Source: an uncultured Actinomycetota bacterium (GTDB lineage Bacteria; Actinomycetota; Actinomycetes; CAVWCF01). Taken from it: a stretch of 64,000 bases of DNA. The translations under genes and the position numbers were made by a program. The notes beneath the pieces are model-generated. The model saw nothing but the letters and a program-made list of their open reading frames with translations, did not search any database and was not told the DNA's origin. Shown in pieces: positions 42,728 through 50,684 of this stretch; the first letter of the stretch is position 1, and every line of letters begins with the position of its first letter. Location: assembly GCA_963753435.1 (NCBI GenBank), contig CAVWCF010000001.1:1280001-1344000 (forward strand), in the 5' to 3' direction.

Positions 42728-43635
42728 CGCACTGCGTCCCCGCTGTAGAAGGCCAGGAAGACGTCCTCCAGGTCCCCGGAGACCTCATCGAGGCCCTCCA
42801 CGGTGAACCCGCTGAGGGTCTTGATCAAACCGTCGACGCTTCCGGTTATCCGCAAGTAGATCGAAGTGCCGTCCACGCGCACCTCGCTGACGCCGGCGAC
42901 GTCGCCCAGCACTGCCGCGGCAGCGTCAACTTCCGCTGGCGTCAACCGGAACCGCAGCAGCCGGCTGGCCTGGTCGAGCAGACTCGTGACGGTGTCCACC
43001 GTCACGAGTTGTCCTTGACGCAGCACGCCCACCCGGTCAGCCAGATGCTCGACCTCATCAAGGACGTGGCTGGACAGCAGGACCGTGGCGCCTTCGGCCA
43101 CGCGTTCCCGCACCAATGCGCGGAACTCCCGCTGCAACAGCGGGTCCAGGCCACTGGTCGGCTCGTCCAGGACCAGCACGTCCGCGGGCGTGGCAAAGGC
43201 AAGCACCACACCCACCTTCTGTCGGTTGCCCTTGGACAGGTCGCCGACGCGCCTGGTCAGGTCCAGCGCGATGCGCTCGGCCAGCTGCTGGCCGCGGGCC
43301 AGGTCCACTCCCGAGCGGGCAAACGTGTACCGGCGTAGGGCCTCGAGTCCGGTCAAGCGCGGCGGCACCATGAAGTCGCCGGGCAGGTAGGCGCAACGTT
43401 GACGCACCGCGACGGAATCGCGCACCGAGTCGTGACCGAAGACGCTGATGGATCCCGAGGTGGGTCGGATGAAGTCCAGCAGGGTCCGCAGCAAGGTGGT
43501 CTTGCCCGCCCCGTTGGGTCCGAGGAGCCCGAACACCTCGCCGCGCTCCACCTCGACACTGAGGTCTTCGATCGCGCGCACCTTGCCGTAGTGCTTGGTG
43601 AGCCGATCGAAACCAATTGCCGCTGTCGACGTCAC
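42724..43635 (-). CDS. ABC transporter ATP-binding protein
   Basis: GPNGAGKTT, LSKGNRQK, LDEPTSGLDP. Confidence 0.95.
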   Translation of the reverse strand: MTSTAAIGFDRLTKHYGKVRAIEDLSVEVERGEVFGLLGPNGAGKTTLLRTLLDFIRPTSGSISVFGHDSVRDSVAVRQRCAYLPGDFMVPPRLTGLEALRRYTFARSGVDLARGQQLAERIALDLTRRVGDLSKGNRQKVGVVLAFATPADVLVLDEPTSGLDPLLQREFRALVRERVAEGATVLLSSHVLDEVEHLADRVGVLRQGQLVTVDTVTSLLDQASRLLRFRLTPAEVDAAAAVLGDVAGVSEVRVDGTSIYLRITGSVDGLIKTLSGFTVEGLDEVSGDLEDVFLAFYSGDAVR

Positions 43636-43658
43636 ATGAACACGCTAGCGAAAGCGGG

Positions 43659-45144
43659 CTAGAACCACTTCGTGTACGCCAAGGAACTTGGTGTCCGGAA
43701 GGCCTGCTCCGGGGGGACGCCGGCGAAGCGGCTGCCGATCGCTTCGGCCCAGGCCCTGGCCCGGTCCGTCAGAACGCGATCATCGGTCTGCATTCGGCCC
43801 CGCGTCACCAGGATGCCGATGTCCGCGCCGGGATAGCGGTACTCCCCGGAGCCGTAGACCTGCATGTAGAAGGCTTCGTCCTCGCCGCCGACGGCGTGCC
43901 AGTCATGCTCGTTGCGCAGGAATCGGACCGACTCCGTCATCGCTCATCCGCCACAGGCCCGACGGCGGGGCCTCGGTGATGAGTTCCACGTCGTCAGTCA
44001 CCTGCTTGAGGACCAACTGACTCCACGTGTCGAACTCCGCCCACCGGTCCTGCACGGCTTCGAGGTCTACCTCCCAGTCGACGTCGGAGAACTCCAGCAG
44101 GTGGAACAGGAAGAGCGGAACACCGCCGTAGAGAGTGGTGATCAGACTGGTTAGCGGCGAGGCGCCGGAGATGCGGGGGTTGATCTCGCCCAGGTAGACG
44201 GTCCCGTCCTCCGCGACCAAGTAGTCCATGCAGAAGACGCCGCGGTAGCCCTCCGCGTACAGCCGCGCGCCCAACCGCTGCGCCATCTTGCGGATGCGAC
44301 GACGAATCTTCTTGCTGAAGACGTAGGGCGAGATGTCGTTGCCGCACCACCCGCCGCGGTAGGGGGTCAGTTCAGCGAAGCCGGTGATGTCGGTCTGCAC
44401 TGGTCCCACCAGCGTGCCGTGCCTGGTGGCCACCGCCTCGACGGTCCCCGGTAGGTGCCGGACGAAGCGCATGACCTTGAGCGGCTCGCTGGTGAGCGCC
44501 TCCTCGTGCTTGCTGAAGTCCTCATCGGACCGGATGAAGAACGTGGTGCGGCCGGAGTCGCCGTACGGCGTCTGCACCACCAGATCGCGACCGAGACCGT
44601 GCTTCTTGGCCAGCTTGCGTAGTCGCTTGTAGGAGTCGACCTCGGCAAGAACGTTCGGCACGCTGGCCACTTTCGCCTGCTCCCCGAGCCGGGTCGTCTC
44701 CAGTTTGGAGTCGATGCGTTTGCGAAGTGCAAGCGGTGGCAGGGCGATCGAGAGACCGAGTTCTGCGGCCAGCGCCTCGGTTTCTTCGTCGAACATGACG
44801 AAGAGCGCCTGCCCCGGGCCGTGTGCATCGATGTAGTCGCGAACCTCCTTGTGGCCAAGCAGATAGGTGTTGACCGACTCGAACGACTCGAAGTCGCGCG
44901 GACCGGTGTGCGTCGGGCTGAATGAGTGCGGTTGCGCACCGGCGAAGCTGTCGAAGTAGGTCACGTACCGGAACCCGTGCACCCACTGGTCCATCCCCAG
45001 CAAGTTGTACGCGGTGGGCGAGATGAAGTAGATCGGCGTCTCGTTGTTCCGGAAGTAGCGATAGATGTCGGTCATACCGCGCAGTCGTACGGACCCCGCC
45101 GCCTTGCGGCCTTCAGTCCTCTGCCCGGACCGTCCGCTGCCCAC
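43659..45144 (-). pseudogene. ATP-grasp ('biotin carboxylase'-annotated) ligase with a +1 frameshift near the C-terminus
   Basis: QTPYGDSGRTTFF, GGWCGND, GEINPRISG; SDDG|SVRFLRNEHDWH...ADIGILVTRGRMQ continues in another frame after one extra base at ~43932. Confidence 0.75.
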
Positions 45145-45194
45145 ACCGAGACGCTAGGAGTCTGCGGCCACCCTGGCTACAAGAATGCTGCTAT

Positions 45195-46265
45195 TCAGGC
45201 GATGAGCAACGGGCGATGGGTTGGTCCATGGCCGGTGTGGATGCGCGCTTCGGGAGGGACGTGGATCGGCATGCGCCGCACCCGAACCCCCTCAGCGAAG
45301 TCCCACAAGGACTGCTCCCAGGTCGTGCCCGGCCACGCGATCGTGGCCGTCAAGGACCGGGTGTCGTACACGCTGGTGTACACGGTGCCCCACGGCGAAT
45401 CGGCGGTGGACCGATACACCGGTGGGGTCAGCATCCGGTCCAGCAGTTCCTCGGCCGTTGGCCCCGAGGCAACTGACTCGTCCAGGAGGACTTCGCGCTC
45501 GACCGTCCCGCAGAACTCCTCGTACTCCGGCCACTCCGAGGACCCCTGCCGGTTGGCCGCGCTCAGCCGGTCGGACACGACCAGAGGCCGGTCCGGCGCG
45601 ATGAAGGCGACCGCTGCTGAGCCAGCCGCATCCAGCAGGGCCACGTTGTAGGGCATCCGCACCGGAACCCGATCCAGCACGGCCAAAGCCTCCGCCACAG
45701 TTGCGGTTACCTGCAGCAGGTAGCGCACGATGAGACCGATACCGAAGCCTGGACCGACCACCGGCCTGCCACCGAACGAGATCGCCACGGCCAAGCCGTG
45801 TTCGTTGATGCCGTCCAACGCGCCCCAGGTGCAGTCCGCCATCGCTACGGTGCGGACCCCACCCCAGGAGGCAGCCAGCAGGGTCGCGTCGCACATCGCC
45901 GGTGGATAGTCATAGTTGCGGAGCAGCATCGATGCGCCCGGCCAGGTGACCATCGAGCAAGCCGCAAAGAGCGGCGGTGGACACCAGTGCGACAGGAACC
46001 GCGCCTCCAGGTCGCCGCCGCCTACGGACTCGGTGAGCAGGTCGTAGGTGGCCAGCAACTCCGGCATGTGCACGGCTAGGGCATGGCGACCTTCGGCGTA
46101 CGTGGGTCGCGGCTCTTCGCCGTCGCGTAGGAACCAGTCCAGGTAGCTGGGCCAGGCGGCTGCGAACCCGGCTCGTAGCGCGTCGCTGGCACCGGCGCCG
46201 GTTTCCACGGCCCGGTAGGACACGTCCGAGACGACGACTTCCGCCTGGGCCTGGGTGTCCTCCAT
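45195..46265 (-). CDS. C45 family peptidase/acyltransferase (Ntn hydrolase)
   Basis: HMPEL, A-CS nucleophile, LLRNYDY, DGINEHGLAV.ISFGG, GTVYT. Confidence 0.85.
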   Translation of the reverse strand: MEDTQAQAEVVVSDVSYRAVETGAGASDALRAGFAAAWPSYLDWFLRDGEEPRPTYAEGRHALAVHMPELLATYDLLTESVGGGDLEARFLSHWCPPPLFAACSMVTWPGASMLLRNYDYPPAMCDATLLAASWGGVRTVAMADCTWGALDGINEHGLAVAISFGGRPVVGPGFGIGLIVRYLLQVTATVAEALAVLDRVPVRMPYNVALLDAAGSAAVAFIAPDRPLVVSDRLSAANRQGSSEWPEYEEFCGTVEREVLLDESVASGPTAEELLDRMLTPPVYRSTADSPWGTVYTSVYDTRSLTATIAWPGTTWEQSLWDFAEGVRVRRMPIHVPPEARIHTGHGPTHRPLLIA

Positions 46266-46316
46266 CGCCGAAAGTATGGCTCAGCCGGACCAAACCAAGC
46301 GGAGCGCGCGCCTACG

Positions 46317-47765
46317 ATGCCCACGATGAACCTGCATGAGTACGCCGAATTCGACGCCATCGGGCTGGCGGAGCTGATCCGCCGCGGCGACGTCACGGCG
46401 GCGGACTTGGCCGAGCTGGCCCTGGCCGGTACCGAGGCGGTCAACCCAACGCTGAACGCGGTGGTGCAGACGTTCCCGGACCGAGTTGAGGGACTGCGGT
46501 TCGAGTACTCCCCGAGCGGGCCATTCGGCGGGGTGCCGACAATGCTGAAGGACCTGTTCCACGGCGAAGCCGGCTCAGCCTGCGGCAACGGCAGCCGGCT
46601 GGCCGACGGCTGGGTGGAACCGACGGACTCCGAGTTCCCGCTGCGGCTGCGGGCAGCAGGGCTGGTGAACCTAGGTCGGACCACCGTCCCGGAGTTCGGG
46701 ATCCTGGGCACCACCGAAACGTTGGCCCAAGGGGCCACGTGTACGCCGTGGAGCACCGCGCACATGTCCGGTGGCTCAAGTGGTGGCGCTGCTGCCGCGG
46801 TGGCCGCGGGAATCGTGCCGGTTGCCGCCGCCAGCGATGGTGGGGGTTCCATCCGCATCCCGGCATCGGCGTGCGGGGTGGTCGGGCTGAAGACGAGCCG
46901 CGGCCGGGTCCCGTGGGGTCCGCATATCTCCGAGGCGCTCATGGGCTGGGCCGTCCACTTCATGGTCAGCCGCACGGTCCGCGACACCGCCGCCTTGCTG
47001 GACGCCGTCCACGGCCCACTCGCCGGGGATCCGTTCGACATCGCTGCACCCGCGGGCGCCTACTTGCCCAGCCTCTATGAGCCCACCGGGCCGCTTCGGG
47101 TCGCCGTGTGCGCGGAGCCGTTCGCTGGCCGAGCCCCCGATCCACAGGTAGTGCAGGCCACCCGGGTCACCGCCGACGTACTCGCTGACCTAGGTCACCA
47201 GGTGGTCGAGGCGGTGCCGGCCTTCCCGTGGGAGCCCTTCCTGCAGACGATGACCGACACCTGGTCGGCCACCACGGCGCACACCGTCGACGGCTTTGCG
47301 GCCGCGTTAGGTCGGCCGGTGGACCTCAGCACAGTGGAGGCGCCAACACTGGAAATGGTCCACTACGGGCGATCGGTCACAGGGCAGCAACTGCTGGACG
47401 GAATCGGTGTCATCAACTCCGTCGCTCGAGTCATGGGCGAGTTCTTCGGCCGTTACGACGTGTTGCTGACGCCCACGCTCGGAGCGCTGCCGGCCCCCCT
47501 CGGCCAATACGACCCGCATGCTGCGCTGCCGCCGCGGGAACTGTTTGACTCGTGGTCACACCTGGAGTCGTTCCTGCCGGTCTTCAACGCGACTGGGCAG
47601 CCGGCGATCAGCCTGCCGTTGCACATGTCCGCGGAAGGACTTCCCATCGGGATGCAACTGGTGGGCCGATTCGGCGCGGAGGGCTTGCTGCTTCGAATCG
47701 CGGCGCAGTTGGAGCAGGCGCTGCCGTGGGCGAAACGACGCCCGCCGATCCACGTGACCGGCTGA
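46317..47765 (+). CDS. Amidase signature family enzyme
   Basis: GVP..LKDL, GGSSGG, SDGGGSIRIPAS. Confidence 0.93.
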   Translation: MPTMNLHEYAEFDAIGLAELIRRGDVTAADLAELALAGTEAVNPTLNAVVQTFPDRVEGLRFEYSPSGPFGGVPTMLKDLFHGEAGSACGNGSRLADGWVEPTDSEFPLRLRAAGLVNLGRTTVPEFGILGTTETLAQGATCTPWSTAHMSGGSSGGAAAAVAAGIVPVAAASDGGGSIRIPASACGVVGLKTSRGRVPWGPHISEALMGWAVHFMVSRTVRDTAALLDAVHGPLAGDPFDIAAPAGAYLPSLYEPTGPLRVAVCAEPFAGRAPDPQVVQATRVTADVLADLGHQVVEAVPAFPWEPFLQTMTDTWSATTAHTVDGFAAALGRPVDLSTVEAPTLEMVHYGRSVTGQQLLDGIGVINSVARVMGEFFGRYDVLLTPTLGALPAPLGQYDPHAALPPRELFDSWSHLESFLPVFNATGQPAISLPLHMSAEGLPIGMQLVGRFGAEGLLLRIAAQLEQALPWAKRRPPIHVTG

Positions 47766-47815
47766 ACGTCGACCCCGTCGGGACCGGCTCTCCGGATGGG
47801 TCGGCGTGCCGACTA

Positions 47816-48346
47816 TCAGCGGGAGTAGACCGGCGCGATAACCGCACGCGCGAGCGTGTGGAAGGTCAATTGAAAGCCGACCGCGGCGGCGCGCGCATCC
47901 CTGCCGACCCCCAGTGACTCACTGTCCACGGCGTGTACGGCGAACAGGTATCGGTGCGGGCGGTCGCCCGGCGGTGGGGCGCTGCCGCCGTATCCGCCGT
48001 TGCCGAAGTCGGTTGGGACGTGGAAGGCCCCGGCTGGCAGTCCACCGCCGTCAGCAGCACCGGCGCCGCGCGCCAGCTCGGTGACGGAAACCGGGATGTC
48101 GACTGCGAGCCAGTGCCACCAGCCGCAAGCCGTCGGCGCATCCGGGTCGAAGCAGGTCACCGTGAAGGACCTCGTCGCCGCCGGGAAGCCAGACCAGGCC
48201 AGATGCGGGGACTGGTTGCCACCGTCAAGGACGAACTCCTGGCCCAGTTGTGCGCCGTCGACAACGTCGTCGCTGACAACCGAGAAGGCGCCGACCGGAG
48301 GGAGCAGTTCGTAGGGGTTCGGTGCCACCGGTCGCTGCAGATTCAC
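47816..48346 (-). CDS. YbhB/YbcL (PEBP/Raf kinase inhibitor-like) protein
   Basis: DPDAP..GWWHW, YGG.APPPGD.PHRY; GGAGG RBS. Confidence 0.93.
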   Translation of the reverse strand: MNLQRPVAPNPYELLPPVGAFSVVSDDVVDGAQLGQEFVLDGGNQSPHLAWSGFPAATRSFTVTCFDPDAPTACGWWHWLAVDIPVSVTELARGAGAADGGGLPAGAFHVPTDFGNGGYGGSAPPPGDRPHRYLFAVHAVDSESLGVGRDARAAAVGFQLTFHTLARAVIAPVYSR

Positions 48347-48361
48347 CTAGGTCCTCCCGCA

Positions 48362-48568
48362 ATAGGTAGCGGGGCCCCTCCACGTATGAGGTGCAGGGGC
48401 CCCGCTGTGCCGGATCTCCGGCGGTGAGTTGGGCTTGCGCCCGCTCTTCCGCCCGAGGCCGCGGCCTCGGCTGACGCGAACCCTGCGGATAACCGTCCGG
48501 GTTTCCCCGGAGGTTCCCCCTCACCGTTCCGACCTAAGTCTTCTGGTGCGGTCCCGCCGTCAGGCGAT
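48362..48568 (-). ncRNA. Putative structured ncRNA, copy 1 (unnamed)
   Basis: TTGCGT-N18-TAGAAAT promoter pattern; CGGUGAG/CUCACCG closing stem enclosing GAAA and GCAA tetraloop hairpins; 3' hairpin with CUCAUAC loop; ends inferred. Confidence 0.55.
48368..48406. repeat. Palindromic hairpin copy 1 (loop GTATGAG)
   Basis: AGCGGGGCCCCTCCAC-GTATGAG-GTGCAGGGGCCCCGCT. Confidence 0.9.
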
Positions 48569-48636
48569 GGGAGATTTCTAGGGGCTACCGGTCGATGCAC
48601 GCAAGGGGTCCGGAACAAGAAATTCCGATGAATCTC

Positions 48637-48713
48637 GTATCCACACTCTTGTCCACACGGCGCCTCGCATGTGGCATTGGTTCCTCCACATCGAGCCCAC
48701 AGCGTCATCAACA
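48637..48713. promoter_or_regulatory. DnaA-box-like cluster
   Basis: GTATCCACA (48637), TTGTCCACA (48649, actinobacterial consensus), TCCTCCACA, GAGCCCACA, TCATCAACA. Confidence 0.6.
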
Positions 48714-48807
48714 AGCGGGTCGTACTCGGTTCGGCGTCGATCGTGACGAGACGCAGGCACCGTGTGTCGCTGCCAGGTTGGTCAAGCCGGTGCGGGCATT
48801 CTGATCC

Positions 48808-48842
48808 CCAGGCCCCTCCAGGTATGAGCTGGAGGGGCCTGG
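48808..48842. repeat. Palindromic hairpin copy 2 (loop GTATGAG)
   Basis: CCAGGCCCCTCCAG-GTATGAG-CTGGAGGGGCCTGG, perfect 14-bp stem. Confidence 0.9.
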
Positions 48843-48869
48843 CTAGTCCGCAACTCTTACCCTGCCGTT

Positions 48870-49829
48870 GTGAGCAATCTCGAGTCACGCCCGGCGGAGA
48901 CCGACTGCCACAGCGACGCGACCGGCGCTGCGGAGACTCTGGCTCCACGCGAGGTGCCGCTGGGTGGACCGCGAGCACTGACCGTTCGCCGCACCCTTCC
49001 CCACCGTGACCGTCGCATGGTCGGGGCTTGGTGCTTCGTGGACCACTACGGCCCGGACTCGGTACACGACGGTGGAATGTTCGTTCCCCCGCACCCGCAC
49101 ACGGGACTGCAGACCGTTTCGTGGTTGGTCTCCGGTGAGGTGCTGCACCACGACAGCCTTGGTTCCGAACAACTGATCCGACCAGGCCAGTTGAACCTGA
49201 TGACGGCCGGCCGTGGCATCGCACACGCCGAGGTGACACCGGCCGGTAGCACCGAGCAGTTGCACGGGGTGCAGTTGTGGGTGGCCCTACCCGGCACCGC
49301 CCGCGACACCGCCCCCGCCTTCGAGCACCACGCCGAACTGCCGACTGTGGGCCTGCCCGGGTGCGTGGCCACCGTCATTGCCGGCGATTTCGCTCGCGTG
49401 CAGTCGACGGCCACGACGTTCACCGACCTGCTGGGGGTGGAACTCGACCTCGCTGCCGGGGCTGACCTGGACGTCCCAGTTCGGCCCGAACACGAGCACG
49501 CTTTGCTCGCGCTGGATGAGGACGTGGCGATCGGAACGGCAACCGTGCCCCGCGGCGCCCTGCACTACCTACCCCCGGGGCCGGATGTGATTCGAGTGCG
49601 CAGCCGGACGGCATCCCGGGTGCTCCTGCTCGGCGGGCTTCCATTCGACGAGACCGTCGTCATGTGGTGGAACTTCCTCGGCACCGATCACGACTCGATC
49701 GCCGCTGCCCGTAAGGACTGGGAGGCAGCCAGCCCACGGTTCGGCGAGGTGCCGGGATACGACTCCCGGCTGGCTGCACCCGCGTTGCCGGGGACCCGGC
49801 TCAAGGCCAGGGGCCGAAAGCGGAACTAG
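48870..49829 (+). CDS. Pirin family protein
   Basis: VRRTLP, WCFVDHYGP, PHPHTGLQTV, MTAGRGIAHAE, QLW, MWWNF. Confidence 0.95.
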   Translation: MSNLESRPAETDCHSDATGAAETLAPREVPLGGPRALTVRRTLPHRDRRMVGAWCFVDHYGPDSVHDGGMFVPPHPHTGLQTVSWLVSGEVLHHDSLGSEQLIRPGQLNLMTAGRGIAHAEVTPAGSTEQLHGVQLWVALPGTARDTAPAFEHHAELPTVGLPGCVATVIAGDFARVQSTATTFTDLLGVELDLAAGADLDVPVRPEHEHALLALDEDVAIGTATVPRGALHYLPPGPDVIRVRSRTASRVLLLGGLPFDETVVMWWNFLGTDHDSIAAARKDWEAASPRFGEVPGYDSRLAAPALPGTRLKARGRKRN

Positions 49830-49858
49830 ATAGGAAAAGCCCAATCACGCCCGCTCAA

Positions 49859-50030
49859 CAAAAGGTAAGGCCCCTCCAAGTATGAGTTGGAGGGGCCTTA
49901 CTTTCGCGGCTTGCGCCACTGCTTCCGCTTCCAATACCCCCTGGCCGGATCCCTCCGGGCCGAGGCCCTTCCGGTTCTTGCCAGTCCCTTCAGCCGAGGC
50001 CTTCGGGTTTGGTGCACCTTCCGAGGAAGT
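49859..50030 (-). ncRNA. Putative structured ncRNA, copy 2 (unnamed)
   Basis: TTGCCC-N18-TAGAAAT promoter pattern; shares GCACCA, GGCCUCGG, GCGGAAG-N4-GGCGCAAGCC and the terminal CUCAUAC hairpin with copy 1; U-rich tail. Confidence 0.55.
49865..49901 (-). terminator. Palindromic hairpin copy 3 (loop GTATGAG), intrinsic terminator-like
   Basis: GTAAGGCCCCTCCAA-GTATGAG-TTGGAGGGGCCTTAC, 15-bp stem followed by CUUUU on - strand. Confidence 0.85.
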
Positions 50031-50098
50031 AGCCGATTTCTATCCCCTGCGGCGGAGGTAGGGCAAGACCTTTGGAGCAAGTTCTTGCTCCCGACGGG

Positions 50099-50163
50099 AA
50101 ATCCCCAATGTCATACACAGCAATCCAGGGCATATCCCCATCATGTCCACAGCTTGATGCACA
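50099..50163. promoter_or_regulatory. Degenerate DnaA-box-like cluster
   Basis: AAATCCCCA, TCATACACA, ATATCCCCA, ATGTCCACA, TGATGCACA, mostly 11-12 bp apart. Confidence 0.45.
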
Positions 50164-50206
50164 AGTCAGCGCTCAACCGGCCTGATCGCACTGATCGGAA
50201 CGCGAG

Positions 50207-50242
50207 GTGGGCCCGAACCAGCGTTAACTGGCTCGGGCCCAC
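50207..50242 (-). terminator. Hairpin downstream of the 100-aa gene
   Basis: GTGGGCCCGAACCAG...CTGGCTCGGGCCCAC. Confidence 0.6.
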
Positions 50243-50259
50243 TCGGAGTCTGCAGTCGA

Positions 50260-50562
50260 CTACTTGGTCTTGGTCACTGAGGTGAACGCCCCCGTGACTA
50301 GCGTGAAACCGTCCTTGGCGACCTTGACGCTGCCCGCCGCGATCGAGTCGATCGTGCCGGTGATTCCGGTTGCCATCTTCTGGGTGCCCTCCCGGACACC
50401 GTCGGTGGTCTCAGCGGAGACGCCCAGGCCCGACAGGACCGTGAACGGGATCTCCATAGCCGCCAGGCCGGTCTTCTCGACCGCCCCCATGCCCTGACGG
50501 AAGATTCCTAGGAACGCCTGGTCGGCGCTGGTGCTGCTCTTCTGCTTCGTGCTGGTGGCCAT
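50260..50562 (-). CDS. Hypothetical 100-aa amphipathic Gly/Ala/Thr-rich protein
   Basis: Strong RBS AAAGGGAGGTGG before ATG; GC3-biased codons; own terminator. Confidence 0.8.
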   Translation of the reverse strand: MATSTKQKSSTSADQAFLGIFRQGMGAVEKTGLAAMEIPFTVLSGLGVSAETTDGVREGTQKMATGITGTIDSIAAGSVKVAKDGFTLVTGAFTSVTKTK

Positions 50563-50638
50563 GACGCCACCTCCCTTTCTTTGCGGCGGCTTCGGGCCGC
50601 CGGTGGTGGTTCCTTGCAGTGCCTAGTGAACCACGTTG

Positions 50639-50679
50639 AGTGAACACTTGTCCACCATTTCGGTAAACAAATGTTCACT
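50639..50679. promoter_or_regulatory. Tandem palindromic operator GTGAACAnnTGTTCAC-like
   Basis: GTGAACACTTGTCCAC and GTAAACAAATGTTCAC; the 41 bp together form an inverted repeat (15/18 matches). Confidence 0.65.
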
Positions 50680-50684
50680 GGATT

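Noticed and set aside
43925-43940. Programmed frameshifting at the two +1 sites
   Set aside because: No slippery sequence or stimulatory structure at 43932 or 14404; mutation or sequencing error is more likely
48343-49239. 298-aa and other ORFs across the ncRNA regions (also 48225-48524, 49887-50285)
   Set aside because: Arg/Pro/Gly-rich or motif-free, no RBS, cross hairpins and overlap real genes
48368-49901. Hairpin repeats as a CRISPR array
   Set aside because: Only three copies, 440 and ~1050 bp apart, no regular spacers, no cas genes
49865-49901. Hairpin as antisense to a generic SD+AUG
   Set aside because: CCUCC precedes CAU on the RNA, the wrong order for pairing with GGAGG...AUG
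48600-50200. oriC
   Set aside because: No dnaA/dnaN and no clear AT-rich unwinding element
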